48,852 nucleotides of DNA from an uncultured Bdellovibrio sp. (GCA_963932905.1 CAWVRN010000032.1:1-48852), one strand, 5' to 3'; shown: positions 38,490-48,423, counted from the stretch's first letter. Numbers and translations: made by a program. The notes: a model not told the origin generated them from the sequence alone.

Positions 38490-38822
38490 TTATTTCTCCT
38501 TCTTGTGAGACGCCCAGAGTTTTTGAGCTTTCTCGATATCTTTTGATTGGGTTGATTTATCGCCCCCGATCAAAAGCAAAATAATTTTTTGCCCCTCAAT
38601 TGCATAATAAACACGATAGCCCGGACCAAAAGGAATTCGTAATTCATAAACACCACTGCCAACACTTTTATGATCGCCAAAGTTTCCATCTTCAGCTCGT
38701 GCTATTCTAACTGCGATCCTTGCTTGCGCGGCAGTGTCTTTTAAGCCGTCCAGCCATTCTTTAAAGGGTTCTTTTTCTGATTTTGAGTCTTTAAAGAAAA
38801 TAGCTTTATAGGGCTTATTCAT
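38490..38822 (-). CDS. RelE/ParE-family toxin (HigB/HI1419-like killer protein)
   Basis: 'FKEWL..LKD', 'GNFGDHKSVGSGVYELRI.FGPGYRVYY', 'LLLIGGDKSTQ.KDI'; likely start ATG 38822. Confidence 0.9.
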   Translation of the reverse strand: MNKPYKAIFFKDSKSEKEPFKEWLDGLKDTAAQARIAVRIARAEDGNFGDHKSVGSGVYELRIPFGPGYRVYYAIEGQKIILLLIGGDKSTQSKDIEKAQKLWASHKKEK

Positions 38823-38831
38823 AAGGTCTAT

Positions 38832-38870
38832 TGTCACATATAAGTGACATATTGTCCATTAAAAATGACA
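38832..38870. promoter_or_regulatory. Tandem palindromic operators of the TA operon
   Basis: TGTCAC-N6-GTGACA (38832-38849) and TGTC-N10-GACA (38853-38870) just upstream of the toxin. Confidence 0.6.
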
Positions 38871-39298
38871 TATTTTTTGGTGATTTTTAGGTGGCTTAGG
38901 CTGCATAACTAGCTGTAATTGCTTATAACTAGACACCACCTCCAAATCTCCTGTAAGAAAAGTCTCAAAGCACACCTAAGCATCGAAAAACATTAACAAA
39001 GGAATTCAATTACTTAACTGTGTGCTGGTTGTTCAAACATAATCGCAAATAACAAAAAATAACTCTATTTGGTGGCTTTTAGGTGGCGCGCAGGTGGCAC
39101 TTAGAAAGAGGGATTTTATTATTAGATTAGAATGAACCTGGCATCCATCTAGTTCAATTCGTTATCAAAAGGCAGAGAATATTCGATTGGATTTGAACCC
39201 CTCTCACTTTCTTAACTGAAAGGAATTTTTATGATGGGAGTTGTTCAATTTATTAGAAGTCTGCTTTATGTTGCCTGTTGTGTGCAACGAATTCCTTC

Positions 39299-39326
39299 TT
39301 GACAGCGTTCGGTAGGCTTCTAGAAT
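39299..39326 (+). promoter_or_regulatory. Sigma70 promoter
   Basis: TTGACA-N16-TAGAAT upstream of ORF 39342. Confidence 0.55.
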
Positions 39327-39341
39327 AGCTGCGAGGCCGAC

Positions 39342-39677
39342 ATGCTAAACTCAGAATTTACTTTTGCATTCGAAGATTTTTCAGGTCTCGAATCGCAAAT
39401 TCAGTTTCATGCTCCATTGAATAGTGTTTCGGAAGCTTTTGGCGACGGGTACATTAAATGGAATATAAATGGGCTTGGTGAGGCCTATGGCTTTTGGTTC
39501 AAGCTCAAGTCTAATCAGCAGCCATTTATTGTGAAGACGTTCGTCGATGTGAACGGATCTGATCAGACGGAACCAATCGAATGGCTTATCGACACAAAAA
39601 GTATCGAATTAGCTCATGAAGTCTTGAAGGGGCTTAATTTGGATTCGAAAATAGTTACCTGGGAAAAGAAAAATTAA
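39342..39677 (+). CDS. Hypothetical protein
   Basis: 111-aa ORF with promoter and GAGG SD. Confidence 0.65.
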   Translation: MLNSEFTFAFEDFSGLESQIQFHAPLNSVSEAFGDGYIKWNINGLGEAYGFWFKLKSNQQPFIVKTFVDVNGSDQTEPIEWLIDTKSIELAHEVLKGLNLDSKIVTWEKKN

Positions 39678-39719
39678 TTTTCTGCTCCAAAACCTCTTCT
39701 TTTTGAGGTCTTAAAATAA

Positions 39720-39753
39720 AAAACGGCTCTACCTTGATTGGCAGAGCCGTTTT
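39720..39753. terminator. Bidirectional terminator-like hairpin
   Basis: AAAACGGCTCT...AGAGCCGTTTT. Confidence 0.55.
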
Positions 39754-39832
39754 GCTTTTTACGGTTTTTAATTTCGATCCTAAAAAGGCGATCTTGGACC
39801 TATGCTACCAATGCAAAACGGAAAGGAATTCG

Positions 39833-40132
39833 TTGCACACAACACCAATCGCAGCTTTTGCTAATGAAAGCCAAGTTATTGAAATCAAAATTACAGAAGA
39901 AGGGTTTGAGCCTAGCAATTTGGAAGTCCCAGCCGATGTTCCCGTGACTCTAAAAGTGACGCGAACAACGGATAATACTTGCACGACCGACATCAAAATT
40001 AAAGATAAAAAGATCGAAAAGAAACTGCCACTTAACGAAACAGTTTCGATCGATTTAGGTAAAGTTAAAAAAGGTAAACTTGGTTTTGCTTGTGGAATGA
40101 ATATGCTTAAAGGGGTAATTACAGCTAAATAA
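39833..40132 (+). CDS. Cupredoxin-like domain protein (N-terminus possibly truncated)
   Basis: 'GFEPS.LEV', 'TCT', 'FACGMNM.KG'; TTG 39833 after AAGGA. Confidence 0.75.
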   Translation: MHTTPIAAFANESQVIEIKITEEGFEPSNLEVPADVPVTLKVTRTTDNTCTTDIKIKDKKIEKKLPLNETVSIDLGKVKKGKLGFACGMNMLKGVITAK

Positions 40133-40263
40133 ATAGAGGGCTCTTCAAAAGAGCCCATGTGACCTGTTTTAATCATTACCTAAATGGTCACTTTGTCTAA
40201 AACTCTACAGATGAAAATTTTTCACACCTCATTTAAAATGAACAATAATTAATGGAGTTGGCT

Positions 40264-40869
40264 ATGAAAAAAGGTTTTATTTTATTTATTTTCTTAGTGT
40301 TAGCAGCCTGTGGTGAAAAAATTCGCGGTAATATAGAGATTCACTCTAAGGAATCAATACAACTAAAAGATAAAAATGGTTTATTGGTTCCCCTACTTCC
40401 TGGGGAAGCCGAAATAACAATGGAACCTCAAGGGAAGTATCTAAGCTCTAACTTTTTCTTGAAAACAAAAAGTGGTCAGTGGACTTTCAAAATACCAAAG
40501 CAGGCATTTATAGAATCTCATTCTTTCAAAGTTAGTGGTGAAGCTCTCGGACAGCCTATTGGGCTTATAACAGACCAGGTTCCTATAGCGGAGCAAGCTC
40601 AAGTGGAAACTCGAAAAATAAGCTGCGCACGTCCCGGTGTTTGCTGTAAAAGTGGCCTGACGATGGCTGGAAAATTTGAAACAAGTTGTGGCCTGTGGCG
40701 AAATTGCCCAGGCAAACAAGATGCAGAATTTGAAGTAACCAAATTTTCCAGTCAACTCAAAGTAAATTTCTACCGTAATAGCGAATCAAATATAGTTGGC
40801 TCTTTTTCAGCCCCACCAAAACATTGGGAATCGAAAAAGTTTATTCGCAATTTAACGGATTGCAAATAA
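40264..40869 (+). CDS. Cys-rich lipoprotein
   Basis: GGAG SD; 'MKK..LAAC' lipobox. Confidence 0.8.
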   Translation: MKKGFILFIFLVLAACGEKIRGNIEIHSKESIQLKDKNGLLVPLLPGEAEITMEPQGKYLSSNFFLKTKSGQWTFKIPKQAFIESHSFKVSGEALGQPIGLITDQVPIAEQAQVETRKISCARPGVCCKSGLTMAGKFETSCGLWRNCPGKQDAEFEVTKFSSQLKVNFYRNSESNIVGSFSAPPKHWESKKFIRNLTDCK

Positions 40870-41063
40870 ACCTCTTTGGAAAACTAGAAAGCGATGAGCT
40901 GGAACAGGTAATGTAAATAAGCCACTTGTTTGAAATAAAAATGGTGATCAGTTTTGCTGATACCATTTTTCAAATTCGATATGGAAAATTCGCGTTTTCA
41001 CAAAATAGTTCGCTTAACTGAACATCGCCAACTAAAGAGCGCAGGCTCCAAAACGGTGTGTTG

Positions 41064-42821
41064 TTATGGCAGCGCACAGAGGTCACCTGATTTCATCCTC
41101 TCCGCCGAAACCTTTAGCGGAAGTAAACCGTAGGAAAGCAGGCGATCGTTAAAGCACTTAACATTGAAGGCGCTGCCTAATCGTTTCTCAGCACTTAGAC
41201 GCATTTCTTTCACCAGCAAGTAGCCATAATAATACGAAGGAGCTTGGCCGATATCTTCGAATTTGTAACGACGCAGCTCTAGTCCCGCCATCACTTTTGA
41301 AACTCCTAATTCTTTGGTGAAGACCTCAATCACGCGTTGATCTTTGATTAGACCAAGCTGAAGTTGAGGATCCAGAAACATACGTGCTATCCGCCACAAA
41401 CGCATTTGCAGAAGGAACAACTGCTCTTCAGGCAAAACATATGGATAAACAAGATCTTCGGCGTAGAGAGCCCAACCTTCGATATTGACATTATTTGCAG
41501 CGTATCTTCCGCGAATTACTGAAACCCCTCGATCAAGCATTTGGCTGAATTGCATGTCATGTCCTGGCCGTCCTTCATGTGCCGTCAGTCCGATAGCTGA
41601 ATACTTTGACGAGAAATCATCGAAAGGCAGACCTTTAGACGAAGTCGGTACGACGAATTCAGGACGTTCTCCTTTGTTACCGAGAAGAGGAGGTTGGTTC
41701 AGATGCGGAACCGGCATCACCAAAGACTCTGCTTCACTTGCGAATCGGATACGTGCCGGTGTCGTGGGTACTGTGATCAAATTTTGATCCGTCATAATTT
41801 TTTGAAGGCGACTGTCAGCATCGCGATAAAGGGCTTCGACATCCTTTAACTGAGTAATAGGACTTGCCTTGAAGTAGGTAATCACAGATACAGGATCACT
41901 TTTTTTCAGGCCGTATTTCTTCGCAAGTGTTTTAGCCAGTTCACGGTAGTGCGGGTAAAGATTTTTATAACCCTCAAGTCCGCTTTTAATCAGCTCATTG
42001 GGTGTTGCATCTATTCCTCGGGCCTTCAGTACATACGCATAAATATTCGAAGGCATGCGCGCATCCTTCGACGCCAGTGGCAATACTTCCTCACGAACAA
42101 ATTTTTCATAAGCATCGGCTTGTTTTTTAAATACCGCATAGTCATCAGCCCAGTCGTTTCGTCCTGATTTCTGCAAAAGCTCTTCAACTCCGGCTACTAG
42201 GGCTCTATGATCTTTCAAATATTGCTCAACTTCTCCAACGTAAGGAGCATACATTTTCTGGTCTTTATACTTTCGAACTGAATCACGCCAGAGCTCTTGC
42301 ATCGCTGGCAAAAGCGGCAAATGCTTATCGTCGCCACGTACATACACGCGAAATCGGTCGACCGAAGCCGCTCTGGTTTTATTATCAACCTGTTCACCAA
42401 CGAGAGGGCGCAAACCGCCATAAACACTATTAACGGCCTGATTAAATATTAGCTGTCGCGCTTCCCTAGAAAGATCGATACTCATAACTTGATTTTGGAG
42501 CCAATTTGCTAGGACATCTAGATCGGTCATGAGCTCTAAATCTTTTGCATCAGTTCTGGCGTTCTGAATGCGACTGAGCCATCGAACGTATAGAGCTCTG
42601 TTTTTGTCTTCGATTTGATTGTCAATTAAGGATCCCCGGACATTATACTCGGCAAAGCCAATGTCACTTCCAATCTCTGGCTGAAGCTCTGCTCGTTCAC
42701 GTGAAAACTCTTCGGCCAGTACATCTGATTTTGCCATCCACTCAGGTTTGGTGATTTTATGTTTTTGCGGTGGCAAACTAGAACATGAGACACAGAAAAT
42801 AAATAAAAGAAGACGTTTCAT
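41064..42821 (-). CDS. DUF885 family lipoprotein (putative metallopeptidase)
   Basis: 'AHEGRPGH', 'EGWALYAE', 'GQAPSYYYG'; lipobox 'CVSC' from ATG 42821. Confidence 0.88.
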   Translation of the reverse strand: MKRLLLFIFCVSCSSLPPQKHKITKPEWMAKSDVLAEEFSRERAELQPEIGSDIGFAEYNVRGSLIDNQIEDKNRALYVRWLSRIQNARTDAKDLELMTDLDVLANWLQNQVMSIDLSREARQLIFNQAVNSVYGGLRPLVGEQVDNKTRAASVDRFRVYVRGDDKHLPLLPAMQELWRDSVRKYKDQKMYAPYVGEVEQYLKDHRALVAGVEELLQKSGRNDWADDYAVFKKQADAYEKFVREEVLPLASKDARMPSNIYAYVLKARGIDATPNELIKSGLEGYKNLYPHYRELAKTLAKKYGLKKSDPVSVITYFKASPITQLKDVEALYRDADSRLQKIMTDQNLITVPTTPARIRFASEAESLVMPVPHLNQPPLLGNKGERPEFVVPTSSKGLPFDDFSSKYSAIGLTAHEGRPGHDMQFSQMLDRGVSVIRGRYAANNVNIEGWALYAEDLVYPYVLPEEQLFLLQMRLWRIARMFLDPQLQLGLIKDQRVIEVFTKELGVSKVMAGLELRRYKFEDIGQAPSYYYGYLLVKEMRLSAEKRLGSAFNVKCFNDRLLSYGLLPLKVSAERMKSGDLCALP

Positions 42822-42969
42822 AGAAGTCCTTTTTCGATCGTATAAGTTGTAAACGAAATCATATCTAGATATTTTGAAAAGTGTCAAAAGCATTAACTTA
42901 AAACGTATCCATTATCTTAAACCTTTTTGAAGCTCTAAAATCGGCAGAGCTCTCCTTCCTGATCGGCGT

Positions 42970-43218
42970 GATAGGGAAATTTGACCTTGATGCTATGGTG
43001 GTGGTTTTGTGTCTAAGCCCCGGTGTTCAAGGATCTTTGGAATCACTTTGGGATCTACGATGGCGGCAATGATTTTCATATTGCCACCGCATTTGATACA
43101 GGTTTCAACGTCGATATTTAAAGCCCTTGCTAGCAGCCGTGCCTGGGGAATGTTCTTATTTTTTTTGCTCCAGCTGTATATAGTGCGGATCCAGCACACC
43201 ATGATAACGAGTTAGAAA
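42970..43218 (-). pseudogene. IS91/ISCR-family transposase C-terminal remnant with oriIS-like end
   Basis: 'LTRYHGVL' then frameshift to 'ARLLARALNIDVETCIKCGGNMKIIAAI.DP.VI.KILEH.GL'; minus-strand GGTCAAATTTCCCTATC downstream. Confidence 0.8.
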
Positions 43219-43460
43219 CAACCTGCTATTTCTGTTGCGACCAAGAGGATGATGACGGAAGTATTTATTTTATCTTATGATGAATATCGCTTTCTTAACG
43301 GACAGCGTTTTGGAAGCGGGCTTTATGATTGAGTGATCAATCGGATCAATTGATCCAGCATCTGCAGGGCCTGAAATAAGTTAACAAAAAAAATTTACTT
43401 TATTTGTTTTGTGCCCTAGGTCGTGTTTACATTTTTATAGGAAAAAACGATATTTAAAGT

Positions 43461-45236
43461 ATGGCTTTAAGTTATAAATTTATGGCACTTATTTGGATAT
43501 TTATTTTTTCTATCGCCAATGTGAGTCTGGCGCGTAGTCCGCGTATGCTGTCACCTAAAGTTCTACCTGTTCATATGAGTGCCAAAGACTGTGCCACATG
43601 GGAAGAATTAGTGACCCAATCCGATGGGGCGCGCCGATGTCAGACAAAAGCCCACGCGGACATCGACCCTACCTGCACTGAAGATCTTTTTGATGCTGTG
43701 GCTGCAAAGCAAGGGTGTTTGTTGAATTTAGAAGGGAATAATTCGTGTTTGGCCCTTTTGTCTGTGAGTCCCATTTTTGCGGGTGTCGCCGGAAAGTATG
43801 CGGGTAAAGCTTTTGCGGCCTTGGTCAACAAACAACCGGTCGCCATTCAAAAAAAATTCAATGCAGCCATTGAGGTCATCAATTTTGAGGTATCTCAGAA
43901 AGCCAAGACACGTGAAATATGGAACGATCAGCGAAATGAAGCTGTTTTTGAAGCTACCAAGGGAAAATATAAGACCATGGCTGGCCTTAATCGTGCGATT
44001 AGGGATGCTGATAAGCGGGGGGATCGGAACGCCTACTACGAGCTAAGGGAGCTTTCCGTAAAATCCGTTCAGCTATTGCATAAACGAGTTAGTAAAATTA
44101 TCGACTCGATGCCGGACTCTGATTTGAAATTATCTCTTCGGTCGATACAACAGAGCGGATCAGGCGCGGTGGCGGAACGTATTGAGAAAAAGCTGCAACA
44201 GATTTTCCCAAATGAGTATAGGACAGCCCGGTCGCTTTTGGAGGCTCGTCAAAAAGCGATCTCTGGCGCCGTCGAAGCAACTGGTAAACCAAATGGCCGT
44301 GAGCATGTCGAGCGCTATAATCAGGAAATAGACATGTACAATGAACGTTTATTCCAGTTGGGTATGAAAAACCCGCGAACGGCCTTGTTTCTGGCCTTTC
44401 TTAAACATGGTTATTCCATGACCGATCCGTCATCAGATGTGATTCGCCCGCTCACCGAGTTTGTTGAAAACAAGATAAGCGAAGAAAAAGACGCCCGCCG
44501 CGTACGAACAAATCGATATCAAACGCGAGGGGTTATTGCGGGCGGCGCTTTTGATGTCGGTGTGATTCTTGCGGCCCTCGTCATTAACAAACACGAAGTT
44601 AAATCGTGTCAGTCTTTGTTTGGTTTCAGTCAAACCGAGTTAGATTTTTTGGGTGGTAGCGGATCATTCAGTATTCAAAAGGCTCAAAAATCGACATGGA
44701 AATGTGAATCGCTGGGTTTAAGTGATCCTCAGGCGGCCTATGCGCAAATGGAAGCGCATTTTGGTGGTGTGCCTAAAGGCATTTGCAAAATGATGAAGCA
44801 GCAGAATCAACGGATGGATCAATTGCTGGGTGATATTGATTCCTATAAGCCAGAGTCATGTGAAAATACGAAAGACTTGGCTCACATTCAGTCGGGTCCT
44901 TACGCTTATAAAATACCTATGGATGATGTATTGAACTATCCACGATTAAAAATGGCGAAAGCCTATAGCGACAATGGGTATGACCAAAAGCAAAGTCTTA
45001 AAATGCAGAGCTTTTATTTGAATATTCATCGGCCCGGTGATGTTTTTGATGTTCGTCCCGACTTGGTCGATTTAGCATCTGAATGCCTACCTAATAGCCA
45101 TAATGGTAACACCTTCTGTGAAATGAGAGAGGCTTTTGTAAAGCTACGTGTTGACCGCTCTTTGTGTAAAGATATGTTGGCATTAGCCGAGGAGCCTGTG
45201 GCCACCCCAGACCGAGTGAACACACCTGTTAAATAA
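43461..45236 (+). CDS. Large secreted hypothetical protein
   Basis: 591 aa; signal peptide 'SLA'; Cys-rich ends. Confidence 0.8.
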   Translation: MALSYKFMALIWIFIFSIANVSLARSPRMLSPKVLPVHMSAKDCATWEELVTQSDGARRCQTKAHADIDPTCTEDLFDAVAAKQGCLLNLEGNNSCLALLSVSPIFAGVAGKYAGKAFAALVNKQPVAIQKKFNAAIEVINFEVSQKAKTREIWNDQRNEAVFEATKGKYKTMAGLNRAIRDADKRGDRNAYYELRELSVKSVQLLHKRVSKIIDSMPDSDLKLSLRSIQQSGSGAVAERIEKKLQQIFPNEYRTARSLLEARQKAISGAVEATGKPNGREHVERYNQEIDMYNERLFQLGMKNPRTALFLAFLKHGYSMTDPSSDVIRPLTEFVENKISEEKDARRVRTNRYQTRGVIAGGAFDVGVILAALVINKHEVKSCQSLFGFSQTELDFLGGSGSFSIQKAQKSTWKCESLGLSDPQAAYAQMEAHFGGVPKGICKMMKQQNQRMDQLLGDIDSYKPESCENTKDLAHIQSGPYAYKIPMDDVLNYPRLKMAKAYSDNGYDQKQSLKMQSFYLNIHRPGDVFDVRPDLVDLASECLPNSHNGNTFCEMREAFVKLRVDRSLCKDMLALAEEPVATPDRVNTPVK

Positions 45237-45411
45237 ATTCAAGACGACGGGACGCCGATGTTTTAATCTAAGTCAGTTTTTGGTTTCAATATGTGACGTG
45301 CTTCTGATTTAGCGGGAATATTTTCAATGTTTCCTTCTATTGTAATGGGATCGGCCTCGGCATGGTCGTATTTAAATTTAGCCATTTTTGAAGTATTTTT
45401 TAGTAAGCCCG

Positions 45412-46503
45412 CTATGGTTGGCCCAAGGTACTTCGTCTAAAATAATTGATGAAGTGCATTCTTGCAGGGGACCCATGCATGAAGCAAAGGGCTAGGGCTA
45501 AAAAGTACCAACCACAGGACACAAAAAAGCTGGCACGAGAAAAATACCCCTCGGCACGCCTCCATTGAAGCAAAGGATATTCGGCATCATAGGCCAGTAA
45601 AATGCGGTCGTGAGTCTTTAGAACTGCAAGTATGGAGGGGGAATTGCTTGGCTGAATAAAAGCGAAAGCTCCCAGCGTCGCAAAGTTTCGAATTAGGTGG
45701 ATTTTGACCTCTTCTTTTTCATTTTTTCCAAAGGGAAGAGTCTGTGTATCTAAGTCCTGAATATTTGAAATTTCAAGGCAAACGATTTTGAATTCTTTGC
45801 AGGAGTCTAAGCGTGCATCCATAGATTTTGAATTAATGCCTAGCAAGAGTTCTTTGCGATCATTTAATACATCTTTGTAAAATCCATTGGGCAATGAGAA
45901 GTGGTTGATGGCGACTACAAGTAAATTCACAACCAACAACAAGAGCGTGATAAGACTAAATAACTTGGGTTTTTTTCTTAAAAACAACAGAATACAAAGA
46001 GCAAATATAACTAGAGCATAAACAAAAAGTTTTCCATATTGATCATTCTGTTCGAAGTTGGCAACTCCTAAGACTCGATAAAAATGGGTTTGAATAAAAA
46101 GTTCATGGACGTATTTATCTAAAGGATAAATAAAACTAGCGATAAATCCCAAAATCAAAGCAGCTAAAAAATGTAGGAATTTTAATTGAAAATAAAACAA
46201 GGCTAAAATGCCCAAAAACAGAGCCGCTTGGTAAAACATTTGATGTAAGCCGGTGAAAACCTCTAAGCTAGGCTGAGTTAGTAGATCCTTGGTTCGTTCT
46301 TCTGAAATCGTTTCGCCATCCTTTGAGCTCGTTTTTTGTATTTCTGTGGCCGCAGTCGGGCTATCGATTTCGCCTGGGTGATTTAAGTGTGATTTTTCAG
46401 TCGTTTCAATTTTCCCAGCCGCTAAGTTAGGCGTTTGAGCGACTGCAAACTGAAATAAAAATAGTGAACAGAGAATGAATAAAAGTTTCAGAGTAGCCTC
46501 CAT
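45412..46503 (-). CDS. Multi-pass membrane hypothetical protein
   Basis: Signal peptide from ATG 46503; several TM segments. Confidence 0.7.
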   Translation of the reverse strand: MEATLKLLFILCSLFLFQFAVAQTPNLAAGKIETTEKSHLNHPGEIDSPTAATEIQKTSSKDGETISEERTKDLLTQPSLEVFTGLHQMFYQAALFLGILALFYFQLKFLHFLAALILGFIASFIYPLDKYVHELFIQTHFYRVLGVANFEQNDQYGKLFVYALVIFALCILLFLRKKPKLFSLITLLLLVVNLLVVAINHFSLPNGFYKDVLNDRKELLLGINSKSMDARLDSCKEFKIVCLEISNIQDLDTQTLPFGKNEKEEVKIHLIRNFATLGAFAFIQPSNSPSILAVLKTHDRILLAYDAEYPLLQWRRAEGYFSRASFFVSCGWYFLALALCFMHGSPARMHFINYFRRSTLGQP

Positions 46504-46808
46504 CTGATAATTAGACCTTTTTTTAAATAATAGATAAATGGGTGCTGCATCAATATCCTCACGGCAAAAAGCATTCAAATTTTCGTAATTTTAACGCAAA
46601 ATTGGAGCCCCTGTCTTATGGGGAATTGAACGCATTCGTTTTCTTTGCAGCAACGATTGTGTCTGTTTGGCATAGATATTTACCCAGATCTGAATTCTGC
46701 CGTGCAAAAAAAAGAAAATTCAGAAATTTTAAAATTTAAAGGTTCCAACGTTATTCATCAAAGTTTCGGGAGGGGTGGAGCATTCGACATTGGTTTAACG
46801 ACAAAGAG

Positions 46809-47270
46809 TTATTTTAAATTTACCGTAGTTGTGATTTCGCATGTACCAAACTCTTCACATTGAGTGTTCTTGATATCAGAAACTGCTTTCGTTGCATCAA
46901 TATTGAGAATTTGTGGTTCTGTGCCTTTATCAGCGTCAATAAAAGTCACTTGATACAAACCAGGTCCGACTCGCTTTGCTGAATTTAACCCAATGGATCT
47001 ACCTAACACAAAGCTGGCCTCGACAGTGGACCATTCACTGAGCTGAGAAATAGCTAAGACGATTTTACTGGTATTTGAAAAATCAGTCGCGCCTTTTTCA
47101 AAAACTGACAGCACTTGAACACGCATTGAGTTTTCTTTGTTGTCGACCAAAACCACGCGAGTGGTAATGCGAGTGGGTTTAATTGATAGTCTTGAACTCG
47201 TAATTACATCAGCCATGGCTACTGTTGATATTAAAGACATGGAGCTCAAAGCTGTGATCACTTTTTTCAC
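46809..47270 (-). CDS. Secreted hypothetical protein
   Basis: AAGGAG SD; signal peptide 'AMA'. Confidence 0.75.
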   Translation of the reverse strand: MKKVITALSSMSLISTVAMADVITSSRLSIKPTRITTRVVLVDNKENSMRVQVLSVFEKGATDFSNTSKIVLAISQLSEWSTVEASFVLGRSIGLNSAKRVGPGLYQVTFIDADKGTEPQILNIDATKAVSDIKNTQCEEFGTCEITTTVNLK

Positions 47271-47316
47271 TAGAGTCTCCTTCTTTTTTTAACAATTTAG
47301 TAAGCGCGACTAATTT

Positions 47317-48423
47317 TCATCTAATTTTATGATTTGGCCAATAAAAGCGATTTTGATTGGCTACAAAATCATTGATCACTTTCCAAATTTCAGAATATGG
47401 CCCATAGGAGTCATTTGCGAAAACATCTTCATGGCTGGATTCAAAATCTTTAGCAAATACAGGAAATTGTGGGTATTGTTTCTTTAATTCAGCAGCTTTC
47501 GCAGTAAAAAGAGTGTAGTGCCTATAACTCACACTATCGTCATTTTTTCCATGTAGGAATAAAGTTGGAGTTCCTGATTTTGCCAATAGAGCTAGATTTT
47601 CATCACCCTTCCATTGATGATTAGCTGCAAAAAGCTGTACTACTATTGGGGCCAAAGCATCGCTCATAAAAAATTTAGAAGAATCTTTAGCTCCTTCTTT
47701 TAAAGTGTAAAAGCTAGCATGAGAAATCACACCAGAAATGAGTTCTGGATGATGTGCTGCTGTTTCAAGGGCAACTGGGCCTCCTATGGAATGCCCCATT
47801 AAAAAAATGGAATTTTCTGGGAGTAGTTTTCTAATGAAAACGACTAAACCATCACTTGCTAGTTGCCAATTATCTTTTGATGGAGTTCCCATAGAACCTC
47901 CATAACCAGGATATTCCATCATAACTACAATAAATCCATGACGAGTTAAATCCTGTGTCACATCCAAAGTGGTTGCAGAATACAAGTTATGCGTTGCGGA
48001 TGAAAATAAAATAATAACAGGGGCATTTTTTTTATTTAAATTAGTTGTTACGATTCCCGCAATCGAATGATATTTTTGAACTTTCTCTTTAAAAGTAATT
48101 TCATCTAATTTGGTCCAATCAATAGGTTGATCTGCTAATAAATCTAAATATTTTATCGTACCACTGCTAATTTTAGAAATATTTTGTAGATTAATTCTGT
48201 GTTGAGCTGTCTCGGAGCGGTTATTAATCATGAATATGTTGTGCAAAACAGGGTTGAGCCAATTCTTTTTATTATAATCTTTATTGTTTTTTTTCGCAAA
48301 TATAGAAGCTTCTTTTGAGGTCAGGTCGTGATTAAATAAGTCTAACGGTGATGAGCTCTCTGTTGCAAAGCCAATCTGGTTTACCATCAATCCAAAAATG
48401 ATAATAAAAATTTTAGATTTCAT
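47317..48423 (-). CDS. Secreted alpha/beta hydrolase
   Basis: 'EYPGYGGS', 'GHSIGG', 'LHGKNDDSV', His in 'SSHE'; signal peptide. Confidence 0.88.
   Translation of the reverse strand: MKSKIFIIIFGLMVNQIGFATESSSPLDLFNHDLTSKEASIFAKKNNKDYNKKNWLNPVLHNIFMINNRSETAQHRINLQNISKISSGTIKYLDLLADQPIDWTKLDEITFKEKVQKYHSIAGIVTTNLNKKNAPVIILFSSATHNLYSATTLDVTQDLTRHGFIVVMMEYPGYGGSMGTPSKDNWQLASDGLVVFIRKLLPENSIFLMGHSIGGPVALETAAHHPELISGVISHASFYTLKEGAKDSSKFFMSDALAPIVVQLFAANHQWKGDENLALLAKSGTPTLFLHGKNDDSVSYRHYTLFTAKAAELKKQYPQFPVFAKDFESSHEDVFANDSYGPYSEIWKVINDFVANQNRFYWPNHKIR

Larger units (their letters stand above)
36762..38947. mobile_element. tRNA-Cys-integrated mini-island bounded by 12-bp att direct repeats
   Basis: CCACCTCCAAAT at 36762-36773 and 38936-38947; 11-bp-periodic GGTG arm repeats at identical offsets. 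Confidence 0.75.

Noticed and set aside
1136..46863. Numerous short antisense or nested ORFs from the six-frame track
   Set aside because: They lie within well-supported genes on the opposite strand or frame and show no motifs
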